A stretch of 55,421 nucleotides of DNA, taken from the NCBI GenBank assembly GCA_043778225.1, contig JAYWGM010000004.1, positions 1 to 55,421 on the forward strand, read 5' to 3'. Of this stretch, positions 1-10,122 are shown in pieces. Numbering within the stretch: position 1 is the first letter of the stretch; each line of letters begins with the position of its first letter. The notes below the pieces were generated by a model. It was not told where the DNA came from, did no database searches, and saw only the letters and a program-made list of their open reading frames with translations. Source of the stretch: Deinococcales bacterium. Its GTDB lineage: Bacteria; Deinococcota; Deinococci; Deinococcales; JAAFIG01. Made by a program: the position numbers and the translations under genes.

Positions 1-367
<367 letters not shown>

Positions 368-396
368 TCATGCTTTGGGTTTAGGCTATTCTAGAG

Positions 397-858
397 ATGC
401 GTCGTTTGTTTGGGATTGGAGTTTTACTGCTCTGTTTTGGCTTTTCTGGGCTGGCAAACGCCCAACAATTTGCCTTTGGAGGCAGTATTTCTGGCACTGG
501 CACGTTTGGTTCTGGAATTTTCAATACGGGCTTACCTGGCACATTTGGTTTGGCTGTTCGGGTTGAATGGCTCAATGCCTTTGCGCCAAATTTCTCGGTT
601 AGAGCCGATTTTTCGACTCGAGGCTTGGAGACTGGCATCGGTTGGCGTTTGGACTTGAGTTCACAAGTCAATCTGACCCTCAACCTTGGCTTTGCACTGC
701 TCGAGTGGCAAGAAACAGGGCTGTATGGCAGATTTGGTCTCGAGTACCGTTTTTCGACGTTTGCGCTGGCACTTGAGTATGGTTGGCGCAGTCCTTTTGT
801 GGGAAAACTCGGCTCGAGTTTGATTCTTAGTTTTCTTTACTTTCTTCGGGTATCCTAG
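397..858 (+). CDS. Exported hypothetical protein, possible small outer-membrane beta-barrel
   Basis: Signal peptide ending ANA-Q, then alternating amphipathic strands rich in G/F/Y/W. Confidence 0.6.
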   Translation: MRRLFGIGVLLLCFGFSGLANAQQFAFGGSISGTGTFGSGIFNTGLPGTFGLAVRVEWLNAFAPNFSVRADFSTRGLETGIGWRLDLSSQVNLTLNLGFALLEWQETGLYGRFGLEYRFSTFALALEYGWRSPFVGKLGSSLILSFLYFLRVS

Positions 859-864
859 AAGCCT

Positions 865-1680
865 GTGGCAAAGAAACCAAAACGCTCCGAACCGTTGGCG
901 CAACGCCCAGCATGGCTGATTGGGGTCGCTTGGGGCGCATTTATTGGTGTTTGGCTTGGGGTGCTGGCTGCCTTAATTAACAACGACCTCGAGTGGTTTT
1001 GGGCGCTTGGAATTGCCCTGACCTGTGCCTTCTTGGGGGCTTTTCGGGTCTCGAGACTCGGCTTACATATTTTCTCGGGGCTGCTGACTTTTGGGATTGC
1101 CTTGGTGGCTTTTACGCCAGTCTTGCAGCCGCTCGAGGATTATCTGGATGTGACCGAATTACCAACCCAAGCCGATGTGATTGTCAATCTTGGGGCTGGG
1201 TTTTTTTGTGGGACAAGCCAACTCGAGGCAGCCAGTTTAGCGCGAATCACCAAAGGATTAGAACTCTGGCGTTCTGGCTATGCCAAGACCATCACAATTA
1301 CCGACGCACATGGACTTGCGCCCAACTGTGGCAGTATTGAAGATGCCGCACTGGGGCTAATTCAAAAACTCTACCCCATAAATCCCCCAGAAATCGTGGT
1401 CTTAAAAGACATGAAAACCACCCGCACCGAAGCCGAAGCGGTGGCAAAAGAAGCCAAAATTCGTGGTTGGAAGAAGATTCTGGTGGTCACCAGTCCAAGC
1501 CACTCGAGACGCACCAAAACCACTTTTGCCCAATTGGGTTTGGATACCTTGGTGGTGGCAGCCAGCGAACCACGTTTTGACTCAAGTTTACGGACTCCAT
1601 TTGACCGACTGATGGCGATGCGGGTTGTGGCTCGAGAACTGGCTGGCTTTGCCAAATACAGTTTATTGGGCTGGTTTTAG
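865..1680 (+). CDS. YdcF/ElyC/SanA (DUF218) family membrane protein
   Basis: N-terminal TM helices; motifs ADVIVNLGAG, TTRTEA, ILVVTSPSHSRR and RELAG. Confidence 0.85.
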   Translation: MAKKPKRSEPLAQRPAWLIGVAWGAFIGVWLGVLAALINNDLEWFWALGIALTCAFLGAFRVSRLGLHIFSGLLTFGIALVAFTPVLQPLEDYLDVTELPTQADVIVNLGAGFFCGTSQLEAASLARITKGLELWRSGYAKTITITDAHGLAPNCGSIEDAALGLIQKLYPINPPEIVVLKDMKTTRTEAEAVAKEAKIRGWKKILVVTSPSHSRRTKTTFAQLGLDTLVVAASEPRFDSSLRTPFDRLMAMRVVARELAGFAKYSLLGWF

Positions 1681-1725
1681 CCCTTCCTCATCTATTCTCG
1701 AGCCATGGGTATTAGGCTAATCATC

Positions 1726-2196
1726 ATGAAACGTTTTTTGTCGGTCGGGTTGCTTTTGGGTTTTGCACTGGCAGCCCCAAGCAGCACCACTTTTAAGTCT
1801 GGTGTCTTTTTTGCCTCGGCTGGCACAGATGCCAAGGTTCGATTTGAGTTTAAGTTTGAAGCAAATCTGCTTTTTAATCGGGCTGGCGAGAGCATCATCA
1901 GTCTCGAGACCCCTTGGGCGAAAAAACCACTTGAAATCAAGGTCGAAAAAGGCACACCCTACAAAGAATTGCCCGAGGAATACCACACAGCCCTCGAGCC
2001 AGTCGCAATGGCGGTGCGTGTTCCAAGCGGCACAAAGGCTGGAATTTACCCAATCAAGCTCAGTTCTGAAGTTTTTTTGTGCGACAACCAGATAAAAGTC
2101 TGTTACATTGACCGCGCCACGGGCTTGCTCGAGATTCGGGTTGGGACAGGTAAAGATGTGCCGGTCAGCGTTGAATTTAATCGCCCAAACAGATGA
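1726..2196 (+). CDS. Exported hypothetical protein (DsbD-N-like C-x6-C motif)
   Basis: Signal peptide MKRFLSVGLLLGFALA, motif FLCDNQIKVCY. TAGGCT lies 7 nt before the ATG at 1726. Confidence 0.6.
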   Translation: MKRFLSVGLLLGFALAAPSSTTFKSGVFFASAGTDAKVRFEFKFEANLLFNRAGESIISLETPWAKKPLEIKVEKGTPYKELPEEYHTALEPVAMAVRVPSGTKAGIYPIKLSSEVFLCDNQIKVCYIDRATGLLEIRVGTGKDVPVSVEFNRPNR

Positions 2197-2750
2197 AGGC
2201 TGGTGAGTTACGCGAGCAGATTTGGTCGGATTTGGTGCGCCATAACGCGGCAGCCTATCCCTTGCCACCACATGGGCATAATCCTAATTTTAAGGGCGCT
2301 CGAGCCGCCGCCAAGCACTTACTCAAGCATCCACAACTGATAGAAGCCAAAATCGTGCTGATTGGCATGGAGGCTGCTCTTTTGGCACTGCGTGGGATGC
2401 TGCTCGAGGCTGGAAAAACGATTGTTGTGCCGCACCGCACCAAAAGTAAAGCATATTGGAAACTCGAGGGCGTGGTCAAAGCGGCAGCGCGAATTGAAAA
2501 TTTTCATCTCTACGGCGTGGCGTGTGGTCTCGAGGAGGTTGAACTTGCGGTGCTTGCCAGTGTAGCGATGGCACACGATGGAGCGCGGTTATCCAAAGGT
2601 TTTGGCTTTGGCGCAAAAGGGGTGGCTGTCCCAACCCTGACGCTTGGGCATTCTTGTATGGTGCTGGATAGTCTTGGGGTAGAAGCCGATTCTGACATTG
2701 TTGGCTTTGCCACCCCCGAGCAGCTAACATTTATATCCGAGAAGAGGTAG
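2193..2750 (+). CDS. 5-formyltetrahydrofolate cyclo-ligase family protein
   Basis: LREQIW, PHGHNPNFKGA, GARLSKGFGF motifs; ATGA overlap with the previous gene. Confidence 0.8.
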   Translation: MKAGELREQIWSDLVRHNAAAYPLPPHGHNPNFKGARAAAKHLLKHPQLIEAKIVLIGMEAALLALRGMLLEAGKTIVVPHRTKSKAYWKLEGVVKAAARIENFHLYGVACGLEEVELAVLASVAMAHDGARLSKGFGFGAKGVAVPTLTLGHSCMVLDSLGVEADSDIVGFATPEQLTFISEKR

Positions 2751-2793
2751 AATTAGCCATGGTTAATTTGGGAGTCTTAGCAGGAGCAGTTCT

Positions 2794-3462
2794 ATGCGTT
2801 TAGAGGGGGCTGCAATTGTCTCTGCCGAAAATCGAATCTCGGTCACGGCGGGTTGGATTATCGGGGTACATCGAGACCGACGTAAATCCAAAGGCGAAGT
2901 TCGGGTCGGCGATTCAGCACGGCGGCGCAAGCCACCAAACGAAGTGGCTGATTTGGTCGGCACAGGTCGGTTATGGGTGGCTCGAGGCGAATTTGAAATT
3001 CTCGAGTCCGATGCCAAACGCCATGCCAAAGGTGTGACGATGCGGCTGGTGGTCAATGAACTCTTAATGTATGTGGTTTCTTTGACCCCACTCGAGTTGG
3101 CTGCCAAGGGTTCGATGCGCTGGGCATTTCGGGCGCTGTTTGTGCCGACCGATGCTCAACTGACCCGTTTACCGGTCGAAGAATTAACCCGCCCAAGCAA
3201 CAGCACGATCGAAGAAACAGCCTTCTATGCCTCGCATCAGCCAAAGCCAATGCCAAAGCCTGTTGTGCCAAATGTACCAGTCCTTAGCCCAGCAACCATG
3301 CTTGCACCACCACCAATGCCGAGTAAGCCTCAGATTGAATTGGATTTGGACTTTGACGAAGTGAGCGAAGAACCCACCAACAAGCCAGACAACACCGAAA
3401 AAGCTGCTCTGCTGGCTTATTTACAAAGTTTAGCCTATCCAGATGATACTTCGGGCAATTGA
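2794..3462 (+). CDS. Hypothetical protein with Pro-rich C-terminal region
   Basis: RBS AGGAG and a 222-aa ORF; no recognisable family. Confidence 0.65.
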   Translation: MRLEGAAIVSAENRISVTAGWIIGVHRDRRKSKGEVRVGDSARRRKPPNEVADLVGTGRLWVARGEFEILESDAKRHAKGVTMRLVVNELLMYVVSLTPLELAAKGSMRWAFRALFVPTDAQLTRLPVEELTRPSNSTIEETAFYASHQPKPMPKPVVPNVPVLSPATMLAPPPMPSKPQIELDLDFDEVSEEPTNKPDNTEKAALLAYLQSLAYPDDTSGN

Positions 3463-4328
3463 GATTTGCACCACGCTGAAAATGGCTCGAGCAAATCTAT
3501 AGGCTGACAGGGACTACCGACTTGCCAGCCAAGGCTTTGTGCCAGTTCGTAAAGCAGTTCTTGAGGCTTGATTCCAGCTTGGCGCAAGGTTTTTAGGCTG
3601 GTTGCATGGTCGCGTTTGGCAAGCCGTTGCCCTGAATGGTTGGTCAGCAGTGGCACATGAAAAAAGCGCGGCACAACTGCCCCAAATTCATGGTACAGCA
3701 TGATTTGTCGCGCCGTGCTGCTGAGTAAATCTGCGCCGCGCAGCACATCTGAAATTTGCATCTCGAGGTCGTCCACAACACAAGCCAATTGGTATGCCCA
3801 AGCTCCATCTTGACGGCGAATCACAAAATCGCCAATGGTCTTTTGGACATTTTCCACAAAACGACCACAAAAACCATCGGTAAATTCCATTTCTAAGTCT
3901 GGAACGCACCAGCGCCAAGCGGTTGGACGGTTGTGGGTTTGGCGACCGCGACAAGTCCCCAAATACCGAGGCTCGAGACCATGCGGCGCACTGGCAGCTT
4001 CTTGAATTTCTTTGCGGCTGCACGAACATCGGTAAGTCTCGAGCCGTGCCGCATACTGGGCATACAAATCTAAGCGCTCTGACTGAATATAGGGCGCAAA
4101 CGCACCGCCAATATCCCAGCCTTCATCCCAGTCTAAGCCCAGCCACTCGAGGTCGGATAAAATTTGGTCGGCTGCCCCGTGGCGCACTCGAGTTGTGTCT
4201 AAATCCTCGAGCCGCAGCACAAACGCCCCTTGGTTGGCTCGAGCCTGCAACCACGCCAGCAGGGCAGTACGGGCGTTACCAAGGTGCATCTCCCCTGTTG
4301 GGCTGGGGGCAAAACGTCCTCGGAACAC
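3435..4328 (-). CDS. gluQ: tRNA glutamyl-Q(34) synthetase
   Basis: GRFAPSPTGEMHLGN, LRLEDLD, CSCSRK, AYQLACVVDD, VLRGADLL and RLAKR motifs; short, no anticodon domain. Likely GTG start at 4328. Confidence 0.93.
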   Translation of the reverse strand: MFRGRFAPSPTGEMHLGNARTALLAWLQARANQGAFVLRLEDLDTTRVRHGAADQILSDLEWLGLDWDEGWDIGGAFAPYIQSERLDLYAQYAARLETYRCSCSRKEIQEAASAPHGLEPRYLGTCRGRQTHNRPTAWRWCVPDLEMEFTDGFCGRFVENVQKTIGDFVIRRQDGAWAYQLACVVDDLEMQISDVLRGADLLSSTARQIMLYHEFGAVVPRFFHVPLLTNHSGQRLAKRDHATSLKTLRQAGIKPQELLYELAQSLGWQVGSPCQPIDLLEPFSAWCKSQLPEVSSG

Positions 4329-4329
4329 T

Positions 4330-5133
4330 TTAGCGCTTAACCAGCAACACCAGCCAAAAAAAAGCGGTGTTGACCAAAACAATCATTGCTCCAGCCGGCG
4401 CATCAAAATGGTACGAAGCATACAAACCAACCACCCCACCAAGCCCGCCAAGTAGGCTGCCAATCAGCATCATTTGGCTTAATCGAGTGGTCAGCATTCG
4501 GGCGCTGCTGGCAGCCGTGACCAGCATACTGACCACCAGCACTGTACCGACCATCTGAATCGCTAAGACCACCGTTAGGGCAATCAGAATCATTAAAAAA
4601 GCATTGAGCCGCTGCACCGGTAAACCCACGACTCGAGCCTCGATTTCGTCAAAAGCCACCAGCACCAATTCTTTACGAATTAAAAACAAAACACCAAGAA
4701 TGATTAAAGTAAAAATCGCGGTGGTTAAAATATCATCTGGGGCAATGCCAAGTGGGTCGCCAACCAACAAATGTGCCAAATCCACACTGTAAGTTTTGGT
4801 TCTCGAGAGCAGCACAATCCCCAAAGCGAACATCCCAACAAAAACCGTGCCAACCGCCGCATCCTGTTTTAAGCCACTTTTTCTCGAGACCCAGCCAATC
4901 CCCAGCGCTGTTGCAATGGCAGCCACCATACCCCCAAGGTAGTAATCTATTTTGAGTAAAAACGCCGCCACAATCCCCGGAAACACCGCATGAGCCATCG
5001 CATCGCCAATATACGACAAGCCACGCAGCACCACAAACGCCCCAATCACACCACACAACAGCGCAATAATCCCGACCCCCAAAAGCGCACGCTGGAAGAA
5101 CTCGAATTGCAACGGCTCGAGTAACCAGTTCAT
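4330..5133 (-). CDS. Mn/Zn/Fe ABC transporter permease (ZnuB/MntB type)
   Basis: [23 protein letters not shown] motif; multiple TM helices. Confidence 0.93.
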   Translation of the reverse strand: MNWLLEPLQFEFFQRALLGVGIIALLCGVIGAFVVLRGLSYIGDAMAHAVFPGIVAAFLLKIDYYLGGMVAAIATALGIGWVSRKSGLKQDAAVGTVFVGMFALGIVLLSRTKTYSVDLAHLLVGDPLGIAPDDILTTAIFTLIILGVLFLIRKELVLVAFDEIEARVVGLPVQRLNAFLMILIALTVVLAIQMVGTVLVVSMLVTAASSARMLTTRLSQMMLIGSLLGGLGGVVGLYASYHFDAPAGAMIVLVNTAFFWLVLLVKR

Positions 5134-5144
5134 AACGCCCCTTG

Positions 5145-5226
5145 GGGGCAGGGTAAAAGGGTAAAAGGGTAAAAGGGTAAAAAGGTAAAAGTTTTACCCT
5201 TTTCTACTTTTACCCTTTTTACCTTC
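5145..5226. repeat. Octamer short-tandem-repeat element: (GGTAAAAG)n followed by inverted (TTTTACCC)-like units
   Basis: Directly visible between the two metal-ABC genes. An inverted homologue is at 40458-40581. Confidence 0.85.
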
Positions 5227-5971
5227 ATAAAACCCCTCTCGAGAAGGTTTTGGCAATGTTTTCTGGGGTATAGACTTTCTCGGGTTTGCCCGAAGCGATG
5301 ACCGTTTGATTGACCAGCAAAATATGCGAACACCACAGCCGTGCAGCTTCGAGGTCGTGTGTGACCATCAAAATACTTTTACCAGCTTGGCGTTCGGCTT
5401 CGAGTAACTCGAGAATGCGGTCTTGGGTGGTGGTATCCACGCCATTAAACGGTTCATCCAAAAATAATAAAGCGGCTTCTCGAGCCACCATCCGAGCCAA
5501 AAGGGCGCGTTGACGCTGCCCACCCGATAAGTCACCAATCGGACGATGGCGAAGGTCGAGCAGGTCGGCTCGCTCGAGGGCATTGATAACAATTTCGCGG
5601 TCAGCAGGACTGGCACGGCGCAACCAACCGATGTTTTTGACTCGAGCCATCATCACCACATCCCAGACCGTGACTGGAAACGCCCAATCGAGCGCCCGAG
5701 CTTGCGGCACATAAGCGATTTGTTCGGTCGGCTTGGGTTGCAGGTGGCTCGAGAAAACAATCTCGCCGCGAAACGGTACAAGACCGAGCATGGCTTTGAG
5801 TAAGGTGCTTTTGCCCGCGCCGTTTGGTCCAATAATCGCCACAAATTCTCGAGGACACAAATGGAAATTCGCTCCTTCGAGCGCCGTGGTTTGTCCGTAA
5901 TTGACCGATAAGTTCTGCACATCCACCAAACGGTTTGAGTGGTCATGTGGAAAACCTCTGGCATCTGACAT
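5225..5971 (-). CDS. Metal ABC transporter ATP-binding protein
   Basis: GPNGAGKST, LSGGQRQR, LDEP and THD motifs; leaderless TAGACT-6nt-ATG. Confidence 0.93.
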   Translation of the reverse strand: MSDARGFPHDHSNRLVDVQNLSVNYGQTTALEGANFHLCPREFVAIIGPNGAGKSTLLKAMLGLVPFRGEIVFSSHLQPKPTEQIAYVPQARALDWAFPVTVWDVVMMARVKNIGWLRRASPADREIVINALERADLLDLRHRPIGDLSGGQRQRALLARMVAREAALLFLDEPFNGVDTTTQDRILELLEAERQAGKSILMVTHDLEAARLWCSHILLVNQTVIASGKPEKVYTPENIAKTFSRGVL

Positions 5972-6043
5972 TTGGGCAGTCTATGTCAGGTCACGCTCGG
6001 GTAACAAGGCAGCGCCTATACTACTTGGGTATCAGGAGGTTTT

Positions 6044-7309
6044 ATGAAAAAACAAAACTGGATTTTAGGGCTTGGTCTACTTGGGGTTTTGGTCGCCTGT
6101 CCAATAGTGCCAGTCACGCAATTTGTGGTCAGTGCCAGTGCTGGCGCAAATGGTGCAGTTTCGCCACTGACCCAAAATGTCAACAGTGGTGCAACCACAA
6201 CAGTTATCGTGACTGCCAATGCTGGTTTTCGCATCTCGAGTGTTGTCGGTTGTGGCGGCACACTGAACAACACCATCTACACCACAGCAGCCATTACAGC
6301 CAATTGCAATATCAGTGCAACTTTTGTCGCCAACCCGCCAGCCGCCAGCACAGGCACAACCGATTTTGCCGTGACTGGAACAGGGGCTTTGCAAGCCTCC
6401 CGCACCTCGAGGTATCGGGTTTCTGGGGTGGCTGCTCCAGCCAATGGCAGACCGCTGATTATTTATTTGCACGGCAACGGCAATACCAATGCCCAAGTGC
6501 CAAGTGATTACCCAACTTGGACAGACCCACAAGCGGCAGTGGTGGTTGCTCCACAAGGCTTAAATGCCGATTGGCGTTTTCGGATGGATGGCAAGAACAA
6601 CGCTGGAACTGCCGCCGAAGTAGATGACATTGCCTTTATCAAAGAAATCATCACTCGAGGCTCGAGCGCTGCCACGCCCTTATTTGGGACTGGCAATAAA
6701 ATAGACCCAACAAAAGTCTTTGTGGTTGGCGAATCTCGAGGGGCTGGAATGGCGTATTATTTGTACGCCCACCCAGATACCAAAAACTTAATCAACGCGA
6801 TTGCCCCAGTTTCTGGCACATTTTATTGCGCCACCAGCAACGGCGGCAATGGCACAACGCCGTATAACCCGCCTGCCGATTCTGATTTGACTTGTGGAGA
6901 AAATGGCGGTTTTGGTTATTTTAGTCCAAAATCTAGCCTATACACTCGAGCCAACCCACCGCGTATTTTTGATATTCACGCAACCGATGATTTGCCAGCC
7001 ACGGCTGCCCCCGCGCTAGATGACCAATACGGCAATTTAATTCTGGTCACCAAGCAATGGGCAGTGACCTCCAATGCTTGTGGTCTTTTGTTGCCGTCGG
7101 CGAACCCAGTCTTTAGCAACGCCAGTATTGGTGGTAAAACCGTCAATGCCTACCGCCAACGCAATGCCACCGATACGGCTGCTTGCGCTGCCGATGTGAC
7201 CTTTTTTATTGTCAATGCTGGCGGTCATGTCCCGAGTGGCTATGCTGAACGAATCAACAAATGGTTTTTTGGGCAGTACAGCACGCTAACCAATACCTTT
7301 AGCCCATAA
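6044..7309 (+). CDS. Lipoprotein with an N-terminal Ig-like repeat domain and a PHB-depolymerase-like alpha/beta esterase domain
   Basis: Lipobox LVAC, YLHG oxyanion motif, VDDIAFI, nucleophile GESRG, C-terminal GGH; RBS AGGAGG. Confidence 0.75.
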   Translation: MKKQNWILGLGLLGVLVACPIVPVTQFVVSASAGANGAVSPLTQNVNSGATTTVIVTANAGFRISSVVGCGGTLNNTIYTTAAITANCNISATFVANPPAASTGTTDFAVTGTGALQASRTSRYRVSGVAAPANGRPLIIYLHGNGNTNAQVPSDYPTWTDPQAAVVVAPQGLNADWRFRMDGKNNAGTAAEVDDIAFIKEIITRGSSAATPLFGTGNKIDPTKVFVVGESRGAGMAYYLYAHPDTKNLINAIAPVSGTFYCATSNGGNGTTPYNPPADSDLTCGENGGFGYFSPKSSLYTRANPPRIFDIHATDDLPATAAPALDDQYGNLILVTKQWAVTSNACGLLLPSANPVFSNASIGGKTVNAYRQRNATDTAACAADVTFFIVNAGGHVPSGYAERINKWFFGQYSTLTNTFSP

Positions 7310-7387
7310 AGATAAAAGGCTACTCGATTCGCAAAATCTGGAACGAAAACCAGTCTCGAGGCGTATTGTAAGTGTGGAGGTACGTTT

Positions 7388-8332
7388 ATGGGATTTGGAG
7401 TTCTACTGATTTTGGCAGGTATTGCAGCCATCGTGGCGAGTTTTGCCCGACGACCCTTGGCACGTTTAAGACCACTTGGATTGGTTGGTGTGGTGTTTGG
7501 TATTTTTGTCAGTATCAGTGCGGCAGCCTTGGTCAGTGTACCCGTTGGGATGGCTGGCGTGATTTCTAATCGCTTTACCGGCTTAAAACCCGATGTGTTG
7601 CTGGCTGGAACGCACTTTATTACACCCGGTATCGAATCAGTCACCTACTACAATGCACGTCTGCAAGAAATGACCCTCTCGAGACGCGGCGAAGGTGGAC
7701 CAGACAAGGATGAAAGTATCAAGGCTTTATCTCGAGAAGGTTTAGAAATAAGTGCTGATATTACGGTACAATATCAAATTATTTCCTCTAAAGCCCCAGA
7801 GTTACACAAGCAAATCGGACCAAACTACGAAGAAATTGTGATTCGTCCAATTGTGCGCTCGGAAGTGCGAAACGGCATTGGTTCTTTTAACGCTGGCGAG
7901 TTAATCAGCACCAAACGCAAAGAACTCGAGACAGTCATCATCAAAACCCTCGAGAAAGAATTTCTCAAGTCAAACATTGAACTTAAAGCCGTGCTGCTGC
8001 GCGAGTTACGAATCCCAGACAGTGTGGCAAAAGCAATCGAAGAAAAACAAACCGCCGAGCAGCGCGTCCAGACCGAGCGCAACAACCGCGATGCCGAACG
8101 AATCCGTGCTGATACGGTTTTTGTCAAAGCCTCTGGCGATGCCAAAGCGGCGGTGGCTCGAGCCGAAGGCGAAGCCAAGTCTTTGCGTTTACGTGCCAGT
8201 GCCTTAAAGGAAAATCCGCAACTGATTCAACTGACTTTGGCAGAAAAACTAGCCCCAACGATTCAAACGATTATGATTCCCTCGACTGGTAATTTCTTGA
8301 TGAATTTGGACAGTTTAACGACCAAGAAATAA
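7388..8332 (+). CDS. SPFH/prohibitin (band 7) family protein
   Basis: Two TM helices, then GTHFITPGIE, SREGLEISADITVQY and an AIEEKQTAEQ/AEGEA coiled coil. Confidence 0.9.
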   Translation: MGFGVLLILAGIAAIVASFARRPLARLRPLGLVGVVFGIFVSISAAALVSVPVGMAGVISNRFTGLKPDVLLAGTHFITPGIESVTYYNARLQEMTLSRRGEGGPDKDESIKALSREGLEISADITVQYQIISSKAPELHKQIGPNYEEIVIRPIVRSEVRNGIGSFNAGELISTKRKELETVIIKTLEKEFLKSNIELKAVLLRELRIPDSVAKAIEEKQTAEQRVQTERNNRDAERIRADTVFVKASGDAKAAVARAEGEAKSLRLRASALKENPQLIQLTLAEKLAPTIQTIMIPSTGNFLMNLDSLTTKK

Positions 8333-8366
8333 TAGCCTTGCTGGCTTAGAACAGTTATTGTGGTCT

Positions 8367-9386
8367 ATGCCAAATGGATTTGACCTTTCTGATTACGATT
8401 TTGACTTGCCCGAGTCTCGAATTGCCCAAGTTGGCGCAGAACCTCGAGACTCGAGTAAATTATTGGTGCTGCGGCGTGGCAGCTTAGCTTTTGAAAACCG
8501 AATTTTTAGCGACTTGCTCGAGTATCTAGAGCCTGACGATTTACTGATTATCAACCAGACCCAAGTCATTCCAGCCCGACTCGAGGCGCACAAACCGACC
8601 GGTGGCAAGCTCGAGGTCTTGTTGCTCCGAGAACTCGAGCATTTGGTCTGGAGTGCCTTCTTAAAGCCCGCCAAGCGTGTATCGGTTGGCAGCGAACTGA
8701 ATTTTGGACTTGGCATCACGGCGGTTCTCGAGGCGGTTCTTGAAGATGGCGCAAGACGTTTACGGTTTTCTAGCGACATCAAACCCCATTTGGATACCCT
8801 TGGCGCGATTCCATTACCGCCCTATATTGCCGACAGTGCGGCGGCTCGAGAACGGTATCAGACAGTCTATGCCCAAGATGCGGGCAGTGTCGCAGCCCCG
8901 ACGGCTGGGCTGCATTTTACGCCAGCTTTGCTCGAGGCGGTTCAAAATAAGGGCATACAGCTTTTGCCACTAACGCTTCATGTTGGGGCTGGCACATTTA
9001 AGCCGGTTGCTGAAAGTATTGCCAACCACGTTATGCACAGCGAACCGTTTTTTATCCCCGAAAGCACTGCCAACGCAATCAATCAAGCCAAACTCGAGCG
9101 GCGGCGGGTGATTGCCGTCGGGACAACCACTGTTCGGGCGCTCGAGACGGCTTGGGATGGGCAAAAGGTCTTATCTGGTTCAAGGGAAAGCACTTTATTT
9201 GTACGTCCGCCGCAAACCTTAAAGGTGATTGATGGAATGATTACCAATTTTCATCTGCCACGCTCGACGCTTTTGATGCTGGTGGCTTCGTTTGCTGGGT
9301 TTGAAACGATGCAAGCCGCATACAAGTCAGCCCTCGAGTCTGATTACCGTTTTTACAGTCTGGGCGATGCGATGTTGATTCTATAA
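8367..9386 (+). CDS. queA: S-adenosylmethionine:tRNA ribosyltransferase-isomerase
   Basis: DYDFDLPESRIAQ, PLPPYI, GSVAAPTAGLHFT, LHVGAGTFKP, TNFHLPRSTL and YRFYSLGDAM motifs. Confidence 0.97.
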   Translation: MPNGFDLSDYDFDLPESRIAQVGAEPRDSSKLLVLRRGSLAFENRIFSDLLEYLEPDDLLIINQTQVIPARLEAHKPTGGKLEVLLLRELEHLVWSAFLKPAKRVSVGSELNFGLGITAVLEAVLEDGARRLRFSSDIKPHLDTLGAIPLPPYIADSAAARERYQTVYAQDAGSVAAPTAGLHFTPALLEAVQNKGIQLLPLTLHVGAGTFKPVAESIANHVMHSEPFFIPESTANAINQAKLERRRVIAVGTTTVRALETAWDGQKVLSGSRESTLFVRPPQTLKVIDGMITNFHLPRSTLLMLVASFAGFETMQAAYKSALESDYRFYSLGDAMLIL

Positions 9387-9406
9387 TTTCAACAAAGTGT
9401 ACCAAC

Positions 9407-9433
9407 CTTGGTTGGTGGCTTTGACCAACCAAG
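9407..9433. terminator. Hairpin between convergent queA and Uma2 genes
   Basis: CTTGGTTGGT-N7-ACCAACCAAG perfect 10-bp inverted repeat. Confidence 0.5.
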
Positions 9434-9478
9434 CTGATAGCCGGTTTTTGCCATTGCACAAGCGCAGGTGTAACAAAT

Positions 9479-10051
9479 TCAAAACATTAAATCTTTAACT
9501 GCCACCTTACAGACCTTTTTCTCAAGTACAAATTCGGCAATCTGGGTCAACTGATACACTTGTGGCAACGTATACTGCTCGCCTTTAGGAAAGCGATAGG
9601 TCTCGAGTTGCCTATCGACCAAATTCACAATCCAGTACACAGGAATGTTGGCTTGTGCGTAAATTCGTTGTTTCCAAACTCGGTCACGTTCCAAGGTACT
9701 ATCCGAAATTTCGACCAGCAGCACAATATCCTCAGCACCAGGATGGCGATTTGCATAATCACGCAGCAATCCCTTAGCCACAACCACATCGGGTTCGGGT
9801 TCGGAATGAATAAGCGTAATTGGCTCTTGCGTCCGAACCAATAAATCCAAGCCAAGACCCTCAAAATAAGCTCGAGTCAAAGCATTCGCCAGTGAATGTG
9901 GTGGATTTTTAGGCATTTTTTCCACAACCCAACCTTCGAGTAATTCTACGTTATCATCCGTATCAAGAATACCTTGGGAAATCATTTTATGATACTGACC
10001 CACTCCAAATCTCCATAAACCAAGGTCGGTAGGTGAAAGAATTTGTGTCAT
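9479..10051 (-). CDS. Uma2 family (PD-(D/E)XK-like) endonuclease
   Basis: VELLEGWVVEKMP, SEPEPDVVV, LVEISDST and YAQANIPVYWIVNL motifs; leaderless TAGACT-6nt-ATG. Confidence 0.9.
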   Translation of the reverse strand: MTQILSPTDLGLWRFGVGQYHKMISQGILDTDDNVELLEGWVVEKMPKNPPHSLANALTRAYFEGLGLDLLVRTQEPITLIHSEPEPDVVVAKGLLRDYANRHPGAEDIVLLVEISDSTLERDRVWKQRIYAQANIPVYWIVNLVDRQLETYRFPKGEQYTLPQVYQLTQIAEFVLEKKVCKVAVKDLMF

Positions 10052-10122
10052 GGCTATAGTCTACTTAGTTTCCAGTATGAAAGCCAAATAAAGCTGCCAA
10101 TAAACACTCCGTCCATACGACT

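Noticed and set aside
10053..10120. 20-codon minus-strand mini-ORF (MDGVFIGSFIWLSYWKLSRL) between zapE and Uma2
   Set aside because: No RBS or homology evidence; could be chance or an unprovable relic.
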